A program made the position numbers and the translations under genes. Below, in pieces: positions 10,130 to 23,560 of a DNA stretch of 64,000 nt (position 1 is the first letter of the stretch; each line of letters starts with the position of its first letter). Source of the DNA: Eledone cirrhosa (taxonomy: Eukaryota); NCBI GenBank assembly GCA_964016885.1, contig OZ024752.1:20956001-21020000 (forward strand), read 5' to 3'. The notes beneath the pieces are model-generated. The model ran no database searches. It was given only the letters and a program-made list of their open reading frames with translations, and was not told the origin of the DNA.

Positions 10130-12523
10130 ATGGATTATTACAACATAACCAATTCAACTAAAGACATTCCTATACCTGGTAAATCTGAATTCACCAAACT
10201 TCTTATTGAAAACACTGACTCCTTCGTAAGAAGACTTAGATGGACAGCCTATTTCTATGACCAGCGCCTAAAAGGGAACTTTCATACCAAAGAACACAAC
10301 TTCCTCGATCATCTTTTTAATTCTAGACGAAATCCTCCTTCCAACAAAAATCTAGTACAATTCGAGGAAGAATTAACTAAAATAATAAAAAATCTTAAAT
10401 TCAAGAGATACCCTTACAAAGGACAAGAGCACCTTGTAAATCTCAAGAACACAATCTCTAGCCTAAATTCCTCAAAAAATGTTTTAGTCCACTCTGACAA
10501 AACCAATAACCTATATGGTATTTCCAAGGATAATTATAACAACCTTATCCTAAAGGAACTTAGGAAAAAGTATCGTAAAACCAACCATGAAAATTTAGAA
10601 TGCATAAACCTTGAAGCCTATGAGATTATGTCAAAACTTGGCATTGAAAAAAAGACCGAACCATTCCTCCCAAGAACTCCGAGGATAAATCTCAAGGATC
10701 ACAAAAACAATTTTCGTACTGAACTACCTGTTAGATTAATCGCCCCCTCTAAATCTGATCTGGGGGTTGTTAGTAAAGCCATCTTGGATAGGATTATCCC
10801 ACAGGTTAGTTCTAATTGCTCTTCTTTAAACCTAAATTTATGGTTTGGTACTTCTGAAGTGATTGGCTGGTTCAACAAATTGGATAATAAAAACAAACTA
10901 AAATGTATTCAATTTGATATTGCCAGCTACTATTCCTCCATTTCGCCTTCACTTCTCAATAATGCTCTATCTTTCGCACTTAAATATTCTGACATCACCA
11001 CAGATGAACTTCACATCATCCTCACCGCACGTAAAACCATCCTAGAGTTCAACAACGAATATTGGACCAGAGCCGATACCTCTAACAACTTCGACATCAC
11101 ATCCGATTCATCCCAATTGACTGATTTAATTGGTATCTTCATTTTGAACTCTTTGAGTCGGAAAATTCCTCAACTTCGCGGTGGAATTTATCGTGACGAT
11201 GGACTCTTTACTATCCTAAATTGCAATATAGTTAAACTTAATATTATTAAGAACAATATACGTAATCTCTTTAACCAACATAACCTAAAAATTGAATTTG
11301 ATAATAGTATCAAACTAGCTAATTTCTTGGATGTATCTCTTAATCTTGACACTGGCCTATATTACCCTTACCATAAAAACAATGAGAACCTTAATTATGT
11401 TAACTTTAAATCTAACCATCCTACCAATATCAAGAATGCTATAGTTAATAATATTGGAAATAGAATATCTAACATATCTTCTAATAAAAACATCTTTGAT
11501 GCTAACGCCAATTACTATAATAACGCACTTTCTAAAGCCGGCTATCCAGATAAAATCAAATATAATAAAGAAACAAATTCTAGAAAAACTTACAGTAGAA
11601 TAATTAATCATAACCATTCCAATAATTTTAATAAAAGACCTAGATACAAAAACATAATCTGGTATAATGCTCCTTTCTCCATCTCTATTAATAACAATAT
11701 TCCTAAATTATTTTTTAGTGCCTTAAATAAATGCTTCCCTCCCTCACATATCTATAGTAAAATATTTAACAAACACACCATCAAATTTTCGTATTCTACA
11801 TCCTCCAATATTTCCAACATCATCTCTAAACACAACAACAAAATATTAAATACTAAATCTCTTCCTTCCAATATTGAATTTCATAATAACAGTAATAGTA
11901 CTCCCGACGTCATTGTAAACCCTAGGCTAACTTCTGTAAACCCAAATACAACGTCAAACACAACTTCGCTAAATGTTCATAATCCAACTCTAAATCAAGA
12001 AACTATTATTCCTATTATTCCTATCGCAAACAACTTCTCCAATCCAATTCCTTCTATAGATAACACTAGATCACTCATTAATAATCTCTCTAATTGCAAC
12101 TGCCGCATTAAAAATAAATGTCCTCTCAACAACCATTGCCTCGATAAAAACTTAATTTATGAATGTAAAATTATAACTAGCACCAATTCCTTCACCTATT
12201 TTGGCTCCACTTCCACCTCTTTTAAAGCTCGTCTCTATAATCATCATTCATCTTTCAAATACAAACTTAAAAGAACTAACACTGCTCTCTCAGAACTCAT
12301 ATGGTCCTTAAAAGACAAAAACATTAAATATACCATCTTTTGGAAGAAGATTTCTTCTGCATCCTCATACTTGAACAGCTCTCTATCTAAAATCTGTAAT
12401 CTCTGCCTAAATGAAAAATTTACCATTATCTCTAACCTAGATTCTATAATAAATAGACGCTCAGATTTGTTTTCTATCTGCCTGCATAAATTCCATAGAA
12501 CTTTTCACAAAGTATACAGTTAA
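10130..12523 (+). CDS. PLE reverse transcriptase-GIY-YIG endonuclease (family A); open frame but with a 3-codon deletion in an RT motif
   Basis: MDYY..KDIPIP, SDKT, LKDHK, QFDIASYYSSI, GGIYRDDG, CNCRIKNKCPL, LIYECK..YFGSTSTSFKARLYNH, CNLC..NRRSDLFSICLH. ATG 10130 chosen by homology to family B; alternative ATG at 10103. Confidence 0.9.
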   Translation: MDYYNITNSTKDIPIPGKSEFTKLLIENTDSFVRRLRWTAYFYDQRLKGNFHTKEHNFLDHLFNSRRNPPSNKNLVQFEEELTKIIKNLKFKRYPYKGQEHLVNLKNTISSLNSSKNVLVHSDKTNNLYGISKDNYNNLILKELRKKYRKTNHENLECINLEAYEIMSKLGIEKKTEPFLPRTPRINLKDHKNNFRTELPVRLIAPSKSDLGVVSKAILDRIIPQVSSNCSSLNLNLWFGTSEVIGWFNKLDNKNKLKCIQFDIASYYSSISPSLLNNALSFALKYSDITTDELHIILTARKTILEFNNEYWTRADTSNNFDITSDSSQLTDLIGIFILNSLSRKIPQLRGGIYRDDGLFTILNCNIVKLNIIKNNIRNLFNQHNLKIEFDNSIKLANFLDVSLNLDTGLYYPYHKNNENLNYVNFKSNHPTNIKNAIVNNIGNRISNISSNKNIFDANANYYNNALSKAGYPDKIKYNKETNSRKTYSRIINHNHSNNFNKRPRYKNIIWYNAPFSISINNNIPKLFFSALNKCFPPSHIYSKIFNKHTIKFSYSTSSNISNIISKHNNKILNTKSLPSNIEFHNNSNSTPDVIVNPRLTSVNPNTTSNTTSLNVHNPTLNQETIIPIIPIANNFSNPIPSIDNTRSLINNLSNCNCRIKNKCPLNNHCLDKNLIYECKIITSTNSFTYFGSTSTSFKARLYNHHSSFKYKLKRTNTALSELIWSLKDKNIKYTIFWKKISSASSYLNSSLSKICNLCLNEKFTIISNLDSIINRRSDLFSICLHKFHRTFHKVYS

Positions 12524-13029
12524 TATTCAATTCTTTATCAATTTAGAATCTTTTCTCAAAGGCACATATACATACACCTCTTTAAAATATACCCATCTAC
12601 CTTACTTTAAAGGGCATTATACACTCTATAATACTCGTTTACTCATTACCCTCATTCTATCTTCTCGTAAAATCATAACATTTGTTTTTGTTTTTGTCAT
12701 TTGAATATTCATCCGCAATCATTATTATTTTTTCTCTCTATCATAAATCTTTTTAATCTCAATTTCATCCTTAATTTATTATTATTTTTTTCTCCCCATC
12801 AACGAACTCATTATTAATACATATTAACTCTTTATTCGCACATATCATCAATTCAACCAATATACAAACTTTAACTTCACATTATTTTTCTCAAATCCTT
12901 CTACACACAAACCTTAACAATTTTTCTCTTCGCTAATTTTGAAATTGCCACAATACATACATTTCTTCTTTTGACGTTAGAATATTCACCCACAATTATT
13001 ATTTTTTTCTCTCTATCTTCATACATAAT

Positions 13030-13440
13030 TTCCCTTCGTTAATTTTCAAATTCCTTTAATTTATACATTATCTTCCAACGGTTCCCAACCTCTCTATATT
13101 AAAACAATATATCTTTTTCTCAGTTATAAAAACTATCTCTTTCTCTCTATCACCCATCTCTCCCTCTCCACCTTCACTCTCATCTCCTCCCCCCTTCTTT
13201 TCATCCTTTCCAACCCCCCCCCCCTCCCTAAATAAAATATTTTTCCTCGCACATATCCTCCCTTCGTTAATTTTCAAAATTTTTAATTTATACAGTATCT
13301 TCCAACGGTTTTCAACCTCTCTATGTAAAAAATATATCTCCTCTCAGTTATAAAAACTATCTCTTTCTCTCTATCACCCATCTCTCCCTCTCATCTCCTC
13401 CCCTTTCATCCTCCCCCCCTCTCTAAATAAAATATTTTTC
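13030..13440 (+). repeat. Two diverged tandem copies (about 190-230 bp) in the family A 3' UTR
   Basis: ccttcgttaattttcaaa..tcttccaacggt..ctcagttataaaaactatctctttctctctatcacccatctctccctc occurs twice; mirrored at 7120-7540. Confidence 0.7.
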
Positions 13441-13536
13441 CCAATATCACACATCAATCTAAAACCACTTTTCATATGTTGATTTAAAACTGCACTATCC
13501 ACAAGTGTTTTTTAGCCTTCATATCATGTTCTCCTG

Positions 13537-13603
13537 TTTTATCTGATGAAAACACAAATATTATTGCTTGATGATGTTTGTTTTTGAAATGCGCATAATA
13601 AAA
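13537..13603 (+). ncRNA. Type I hammerhead ribozyme in the 3' pLTR of family A
   Basis: Identical motif to 9939-10005. Confidence 0.8.
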
Positions 13604-13625
13604 TATATGGAACTCCTTTTGATCT

Positions 13626-13695
<70 letters not shown>

Positions 13696-13700
<5 letters not shown>

Positions 13701-14043
13701 TAAGAGGAATTCCAACTTTGTCTGATTTACTCGTTTTATTTACAATCCTTTAAAATTTATTATGGTATTATAATGAAATAGTATGATAGAATATTAAATT
13801 CTAAGTGTTAATTGAACAAGTATTTTCATGCTTTCGCAATCTTCAGGTTCATAATATGTGGTGACAGTCAAGTTTGCAATTTTCAACTGAATTTAATATT
13901 CTATCATACTATTTCATTATAATACCATTATAAATTTTAAAGGATTGTAAATAAAACGAGTAAATCAGACAAAGTTGGAATTCCTCTTATTAATATAATC
14001 TTCTATACACAATCATACACACCCGTGTATATTTACCTATCTA

Positions 14044-14045
<2 letters not shown>
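13696..14045 (-). mobile_element. Miniature fold-back PLE end: about 105-bp inverted repeats around an HHR
   Basis: 13696-13801 is the reverse complement of 13890-13996; the right copy extends about 45 bp further; (TA)n on both sides. Confidence 0.7.
13814..13850 (-). ncRNA. Minimal hammerhead ribozyme
   Basis: gaac-CTGAAGA-t-tgc-gaaa-gca-t-GAAA-atac-TT-gttc; stem III imperfect. Confidence 0.6.
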
Positions 14046-14134
<89 letters not shown>

Positions 14135-14176
14135 ACACCCGTGTATATTTACCTATCTATATATATATATATATAT

Positions 14177-16007
14177 AAAATTTCAGGTTATCAATAATGT
14201 AGTGATAATATATCGTTACGTTAGAGATGAACAGCGTACGTGCAGGTTTGCTCAACGAGTATAAATTATATTCCGGAGAAATGTAGAAAGGATGAATATA
14301 AAATGAAAGTGCTTGTGTTAAAAAAGGAATTTATTAGGTATTGACATATGTTTCTGTAACAGACCGAATACCTATGTATCGCTGCTTGCGTAATCATATA
14401 ATGTTAGCAAGTATTCGATAGCAAATGTATAATCAGTTGTCACTTCTTCAGAGATTTTGGATAAACTGGATAAAATCAGAAAAATTGAAGTATTTATATT
14501 AGTAAAAGAGGAAGGAACAGAGGGGATAGTATTTGACAGATGGTAAAATAATTTACTGCTAAACAAGTATATAATGGGTTTTTAATGAGAATACCATGAG
14601 TAAATCTAAATAAGAATTTTGGGAGTGCCAATTTTAATCTCTACTTGACCAACTGGACAGTGGACAGGGCTGGTCATTTGGTGCAGTAGTATTAATTATA
14701 AAGTGTCAATTGGGGAAGGGGGAGATTTCGATTGCTACTAAATAACATCAATGCTAGTAGCCAGCTGGTATATGCATTAGGGAATTGAATCAAGAAATCA
14801 GAAATCTCATTTTATCTATAGCAGTTTGTATTAAAAGGTAAATAATAGAAGAGTTGATAGAATTAAGACTAATAAAGAATGTTCATATCTATTTTGACAA
14901 TCAAACGGGGATAGAGACAGGCGTTCAATCCTGGTAGTATTTATAATATGAAAATGTAGATTTTAAGCGATGGTTACAGTATAACGATCGCTCTATTCTG
15001 TTATTTAATAAAATGTTTTTGGATTTCATAATACAAAATAATTCTACATTACATAATTTACAAAATTCCTGTCCATGGGGATATGGGGGGGGGGGGGCAG
15101 CCGCTATTATATCCCATTTTAGGTGAAATTGTTGGTTATTTTCACGCAGCTGCCAAGCCTTGTCTGCGAGTGTTGTTACATAACGCTGGTTTTCATGTTT
15201 TATCGAATAACGATGTCTATAAAGGCGTGATTTGAAGGAGGTGGCTGTAGATCCCACATAGTACCACTTCTGTCTATCCGATTCGATAGTACATTTGTAT
15301 ACGATGTTGCGTTCAAGACACTGATTGTTCAACGGACACATTCCTGGTTGGACACAGTTGCAATTATAATTTTGCGTTGTTGTATTGCCATGGATGGGTT
15401 GATGAGGTTGCTTATGTAGGACAGGATGTTGTTTGTTGTTTTGTGATGTTATAGCTAATGTTTTACGTGTATTGTTATGTGTTGGAAGGCGTTTATACAA
15501 CCGTTTTGCGTTAAGCTTTTTTATATGTTGTTCAATATTAGGGGCGGTTGAATATGAAAGTCGAATAGTGTTAGGGTTTAAGATTTTATTATATTTATGT
15601 GATGTTGGAAAGTGTTTTCTAACTAATCGAAAGAATTTTGAGGGTAGATTGGTTTTAATAGATTTGTTATAGACCGGGTTGTACCAGATATACTCCCTAC
15701 ATCGCCTTCTGTTTGGTGGTGTGCGACTATTATTGTGTCTATTGCGGTAGTGTATGTATGGTGGTGATTTTGTGCTATTTCTACTCCTATGTGATTTATT
15801 TTGGGTGTTTTGGTGATCTTTGACTATATACTCTATATTATCTAGGTGACCGGCTTTCCTAAGTGCATCATCATAATACTCGGCATGTTCTTTGAAGGTT
15901 TGTTGGTTGGACGATAGGCGGGAGATTCTAGGAGAAACGTTTCTAGGGATGGATTTAATTATAGAGAGTGGATGGTTAGAACTCGTATTTACATATTTAA
16001 GGTTCTC

Positions 16008-16011
<4 letters not shown>
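14177..16011 (-). mobile_element. Hydra-clade-like PLE family E, 5'-truncated (ORF remnant 14925-16011)
   Basis: [75 protein letters not shown]; (TA)n on both sides. Confidence 0.85.
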
Positions 16012-16748
<737 letters not shown>

Positions 16749-16749
<1 letters not shown>

Positions 16750-17437
16750 GGAATAGAATGAAACGAAATTTCATTTCTCACTCTTAGTACGGCACTTACA
16801 TAAATGGAAGTATGTATGTATACGTACATACATATATGTATACAGACGTACAGTACCATGTATATATATACATACAGGCACACATATATATATGCATGTA
16901 TCAGTTTACCGAACATTTATTATAATGCTCGGTTTGTTCGTTTGTAAACAAACAAACAGCCTGAATTACGCCGTACAGTGTTTAGGCAACCACGTCACCT
17001 TTTTGTTCAACACTGACACAGGAACGATGTACTAGTTTCAAGCTTATTAGCTATCGTCAGCACCGTATACCTGTCTGCCAGATGGTTGAACGTCCGAAAG
17101 TATATACTTTCCTTATGAAAATTAACGGCTGAGCATCCTAATTTGCATATCGAATGAGTTCAGTCGGCCAGGCGCACCGAAAACGATAAATGGAATAGAA
17201 TGAAACGAAATTTCATTTCTCACTCTTAGTACGGCACTTACTTAAATAGAAGTATGTATGTATACGTACATACATATATGTATACAGACGTACAGTAGCA
17301 TGTATATATATATATACAGGCACACACATATATATATGCACGTATCAGTTTACCGAACATTTATTATAATGCTCGGTTTGTTCGTTTGTAAACAAACAAA
17401 CAGCCCGAATTACGCCGTACAGTGTTTAGGCAACCAC
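16749..17437 (-). mobile_element. Non-coding HHR-containing direct repeat, period 442 bp, about 1.5 units (retrozyme-like)
   Basis: 16749-16993 repeats at 17191-17437; the HHR lies between the copies; abuts (TA)n. Confidence 0.6.
17024..17066 (-). ncRNA. Canonical minimal type I hammerhead ribozyme
   Basis: acggtg-CTGACGA-t-agct-aata-agct-t-GAAA-ctag-TA-catcgt; GUA cleavage triplet, palindromic stem III. Confidence 0.85.
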
Positions 17438-18308
17438 TATATGGGGGTGAATGTGATGGTGAGATGTTGTTGACAGTCGGTGGATGAGATGGGCTGTGGT
17501 GTGGTGGTGGTGGGTTGGCCTTGGCGTGTAAAGTATGTGGGGATGGATGTGATGATATGGTGGTGGTTATGGTTGCTTATTGGGATGGACTGTGGTGTGA
17601 GGGTAGTGGATTGTCATAGACTGGTTGGTGTGTTTGAGGGGTGTGGTAGTGGTGCCGTTGTCTATGGTAGCGGCGTTTGTGGTGGTGTGGTGGATGTATT
17701 GGTGGTGTCAGGTCCTTACATAGATACATAGCTAGACGCTCTTCGTCTGACAAATACGTTGTATATACGTATACACACACACATATATGTATATATGTGC
17801 ACATATATTGTTGTATAAACACACACAACACAAAACACATACGCACATCCTTGCCCACACATATCGACACACGCTCACACACAGCCATATGTATATGTAC
17901 ACACATGTATATGCATGCGCGCATGCGGACACGAATATGGAGAATGGGGGAGTATCGGTGGGGGTGGCGAACGCCAAAGATGGGGGGAAGGTGAGAGGCA
18001 ATGTAGAAGGTGTTATACATATATACATACACATACATAGACTCATACACACATATGGATATGGGCACATGGACGCACACTCACGTATACAAAATATACA
18101 CATACACACTCACACACACGTATACTCACACATATATATATATACACACACATGTACAGACAACACACACACACATGCACATATACACATACATGCACAT
18201 ATATGAGCTCACCTACACATACACACAGATTCACCTATATACATATATGTAGACATACACATACACACATACATACACACACATATACACATACATATAC
18301 ACATACGT

Positions 18309-18389
<81 letters not shown>

Positions 18390-19689
18390 TATATATATAT
18401 GTTCACATACACACACACATACATATAAATATGCGTACGCGCACGCATATTTATACGCCCGTATATGTAAAAATTACTTACACACAGACACACACACTTG
18501 CGTTGGTTGGGGAGTGGAGGTATGTGTTGGCGGTGTTGATGAAGTATGGAGTTGTGTCATGTGGTGGTGGAGTTGTGAGGGACAAAAATATATATACAGG
18601 ATCGAATACCGGTTAAAAGGTGACATAGGGAACGCGGGGGAGAACCGTTTATGGACGTACAGCGATGTGTGTTGTGGACATGGTGATGGTGGTGGTGCTG
18701 GGGTGATATGTTCGACAAGAAGATGACATGATCAGAGGTTACGGTGTGTTACAGGGTAGGGTAGACGGGGGTGGGGTATATAATACAGTCGATCTGGGAG
18801 CGAGGGATGATATGTGTTGATGATGTTAATGATAATGAGTGTTGAAGTATGTGGATGTATCTAGTGGTGGCCGTGGTTGTGTGTGCGTGCGACAGTATAA
18901 TTACAGGGTCGAATTTAGCGTGGGGTTGTAGGTTAGGGTAGACAGAGGGAACATGGGGGGATAAGGTTGTAAGTGTGTATGGTAGACATATGACGATGTG
19001 TGGTGTGGTGGTGGTGGCGATGGTGTGATATGATCGACAAAATCCCTTGTATTTATAAAATCCCTTGTCATTATGGATTGTAAGGTAAAACCTATCATAG
19101 GAGACCGATCTAATACGATGTTGCAACGATGAGGTGTGTATGGTGATGTGAATTTTGGTGGGGGTCATGTGTGCGGCATGATATACAAATGCGGGCTTAG
19201 AAATGGTTAGATGGAGTACAATAAAATAAGTTCACTGAGATGGGCGATGGTGAGACGGGGTATGGGTGGTTATTAATATGCTGTGTCATGGTTAGTGTGA
19301 TTTTTGGTGTGGGTTATGCATGCGGCATGATATACAAAATACGGGCTTACATATGGTTACATGCAATACAATAAAATAAGATAAAGTAAAGTAAAATTAG
19401 AATTAAAATTAAAATTAATAAATTCGTTGAGATGGGCGATGGTGATACGGGGCAGATGTGGTTATAATCATGGTGGGTCATGGTTTGTGCGTGGCCCTCT
19501 CGCGAATGTTTGTGCAGAAAAGGTGTTCATCCTAGTGTGTCTGCAATTGACAATTATGTCTGACCTATAGTTTATGGCGGATTTTAATTAAATTATTTCC
19601 GCCGCCTCAGCCAGGCATAATCTGCAGTGTTTTCTGTCACTGGGGATATATGCCACGCGTCTTTTTACTGACGTATATATATATATACT

Positions 19690-19727
<38 letters not shown>

Positions 19728-19781
19728 TAAACAAATAATGAATAAAACAATGAAACAGTTCCTTATATTAAACAAAAAAAG

Positions 19782-19936
19782 TTCATTATTTAACGATCGT
19801 TTCTAGGATATATATGTGTTAGAATTGGCATGCATATTCAACAGATCTATGTACAAAATTATACAAAATTATACAAACTATCAAGATTAAATATACATAC
19901 CAAACACACATATACGCCGTCTTCAGAAATAATGAA
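19782..19936 (-). ncRNA. Hammerhead ribozyme with long stem II (family B)
   Basis: ttcattattt-CTGAAGA-[116 nt hairpin]-GAAA-cgatcg-TT-aaataatgaa. Confidence 0.7.
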
Positions 19937-20561
19937 ATATATTTATTGATAATAACAACAATTCAAAATTTCAGGTCCGTTTGGGAACAAAATTGACCAA
20001 TGAAAATACAAAAGGTTTTATGCAGTATGGTGTGTGTATATACATGTAACTACCCCGTACACATATTTATACAAAGATGTATGCTCAACATGCATACGCA
20101 TGCCAAAAAGATGCATGCAAATACAAAATTTCAAGGTTAATGTCTCTGTAAGTTTATAATGCACAGATAAGATGCGTATAGACACATAAATATGAAATAA
20201 GTGTATACACATATTCTCATACTCACACATATCCGTACACTCACACACACGCGCGCGTATATGCATAAACATACACATAATTACGAACATACATACACAC
20301 ACACACACCCACACACATATATATATGTGGATATAATATTATCATAAGCACATGGATATTAATTCACTCACATAAACACTGCCACACACATTTAGATCAA
20401 GATACAGAAATTAGGTGGGAGGGGGGGAGAGGTCAGTATTCAACGGTTTGGGCAGACTGCTTATTTATAGATGTATCTATAAACTAAGAAATAAAAAATA
20501 AAAAATAAAAATTAAAAAGGAAAGAAAAGAAAAAGAAAAAAGAAAAAAGAAATATATCAAG

Positions 20562-20653
<92 letters not shown>

Positions 20654-20741
20654 CACACATCTACACTTAGAACACACATACACACACATATATAAACATA
20701 TACATATACACACATACACACATATACACACATACATATAA

Positions 20742-20774
<33 letters not shown>

Positions 20775-21050
20775 TACACATATAATCACACATACATATA
20801 TAGACACACATATATATACACATACACGCACATATACATACACATACATACTTATATACATACAGATATACACATACATACCTATATATACACACAAATA
20901 CATACAGACATACATACATACATACACACAAATACTTACGCATCCATATATCGGTATATACATACAAACACCACTACACTCTCACACAACTCAGACATAC
21001 AAAGAAAAAGGTATATACCTATACACATATACACATACAAATAGAGATAC

Positions 21051-21082
<32 letters not shown>

Positions 21083-21293
21083 ATATATATATATATATAC
21101 ATACACATATACACACATATATATACATACACATACATACATGTACACACACATACATATACATACATACACACATACACACATACATATATAGTCATAC
21201 ACACACATACACCTACACGAACATACACATACACATATATAAAGATATATATACACACACACACATACACACACACACATATATATAAAATAA

Positions 21294-21342
<49 letters not shown>

Positions 21343-21378
21343 CACATATACATAGACATATATGTACATACACACACC

Positions 21379-21422
<44 letters not shown>

Positions 21423-21899
21423 CACACATAGACACATACATACATACACACACAACATACATACACACACATATATACTCATACATAGACGTAGATATAT
21501 ATTCATACATACATACGCACTTACATATACTCATATATACAAATACATACGCATCCATATATGCGTATATACATACAAACACCACTACACTCTCACACAA
21601 CTCAGACATACAAAGAAAAAGGTATATACATATACATATATACACACATTAATAGAGATACATATACACATATATATATATATATACACATACATTTATA
21701 TATATACACCCACACACACATACAACCATAAACACACATACAAACACACACATACACACATATATACATACATATATATACACACACACAAAAAACACAC
21801 ATACACATATATATTTTTACACATATATATACATATATATACATATACACACCCTCACATATACACACATACACATAAGTTATATTATAATAATAAATA

Positions 21900-21930
<31 letters not shown>

Positions 21931-21965
21931 CGAATATAGACATATATATACACATAGATATACAC

Positions 21966-21999
<34 letters not shown>

Positions 22000-23003
22000 T
22001 CACATATATATGTGCGCACACGTACATATATACACATACACACATATACACATAAACATATACATGTGCATACATGTACATACACACATATACCCACATA
22101 GATACGAAGATAGACATATATATAGAGAGACATACATATATATACACATATATATATACACATACATACACACATATATATATATATATATATACACACA
22201 CACGCATACACGCCCACACACATATACACATATACACACATATATATATATACACATACACATATATATACACATGCATATATACACATATATATATATA
22301 TACATACACACATATATATACACATAATCTTACATTCTTATTTGCATGCGCATATATGTATTTTTATATTCAGATATAAATACCCAAACATATATACACC
22401 TACCTACATATATATTCATACATACACGCTTACAAACACAGATGATAATAGTATGGGGGAAAGGGGGGGGGGGTGGAGAAGGGGATTATAGTAAATATAT
22501 GTTTCAAGAAACATAGAATATTATCTGTATCTGGATCCCAATATATGTTTTTACATAGTTTCAGTGTTAGGAAATACAAGAAATAAGGCAAAATTATGCA
22601 TTTCAAAATAAGTATACCATTAATTATATGTTAACTAAACTAAAGATAGTTAACATATTGATTTCTAAGGTGTAAATTAGTTAGGTTTATAATATTTGAA
22701 GCAGAATTTTGAAGTTAAATAGTAGTAGAGTATTAATTATAGTATAACTAAATTAAAGTTATTAACGTTATGGTATCAATATTAGGAAATGAATTTAGTA
22801 ATAGGGAAAAAACAAATAAAGTATTACATCGGTAGTAGAATATAAATTATAGGTTAACTAAATTAAAAATTATATATTAATTTCTATAGTATATGTTAAT
22901 TAGGTATATAATAAATAAAACAGATATTGTATTTTATCAATAGCAGAATATAATTATATGCAAATAGAAATCAAAATTAATACATATACATATACATATA
23001 CAT

Positions 23004-23068
<65 letters not shown>

Positions 23069-23560
23069 TACATACACATACATATACATACATACATATA
23101 CATATTTTTTCAAAAATTGCAAAGAATATATTAACTAGGTATACATCCAAAACACATCCCATTCTATGATTACATGACACTCTGCAATCCGTCTGTATAA
23201 GGATACTAATTTTAAGCCAATTAAATTAAATTTTTAGGTTGACTAAATTTAAAACCAAATTATAAATATATTTCTAAAATGTATATTAGTTAGGTCTATA
23301 ATACTAAAAATTATTTCTCTGTCATTGGATACACGATATTTTGTTATATTTTATCTGTAAAGGAATTTTAATAAAAGGTTTAAATAAATTAAAATTAATC
23401 TATAAATTAAATTACTAAGTATATATTAGTAATATTTAAAGGTTTTTCACAATTTATGATTACACAATATTTTATATTCTCATCTGTAGTAGAATTTTAA
23501 TTAAATTAAATTTATAGGTTAACTAACATTTAAATTAAATTAATTTCTAAAATAATGTTA

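Larger units (their letters stand above)
6836..13632 (+). mobile_element. Hydra-clade-like PLE family A: full-length unit (9884-13632) plus inverted 5'-truncated copy (6836-9883)
   Basis: Arms about 6925-9883 and 10683-13632 are reverse complements; direct pLTR repeat 9891-10017 / 13489-13615; (TA)n on both sides. Confidence 0.92.

Noticed and set aside
14335-14460. Long-stem hammerhead on the minus strand of family E (CTGAAGA..GAAAcatatgTC)
   Set aside because: Both half-cores are present but I cannot form stem I; left uncalled.
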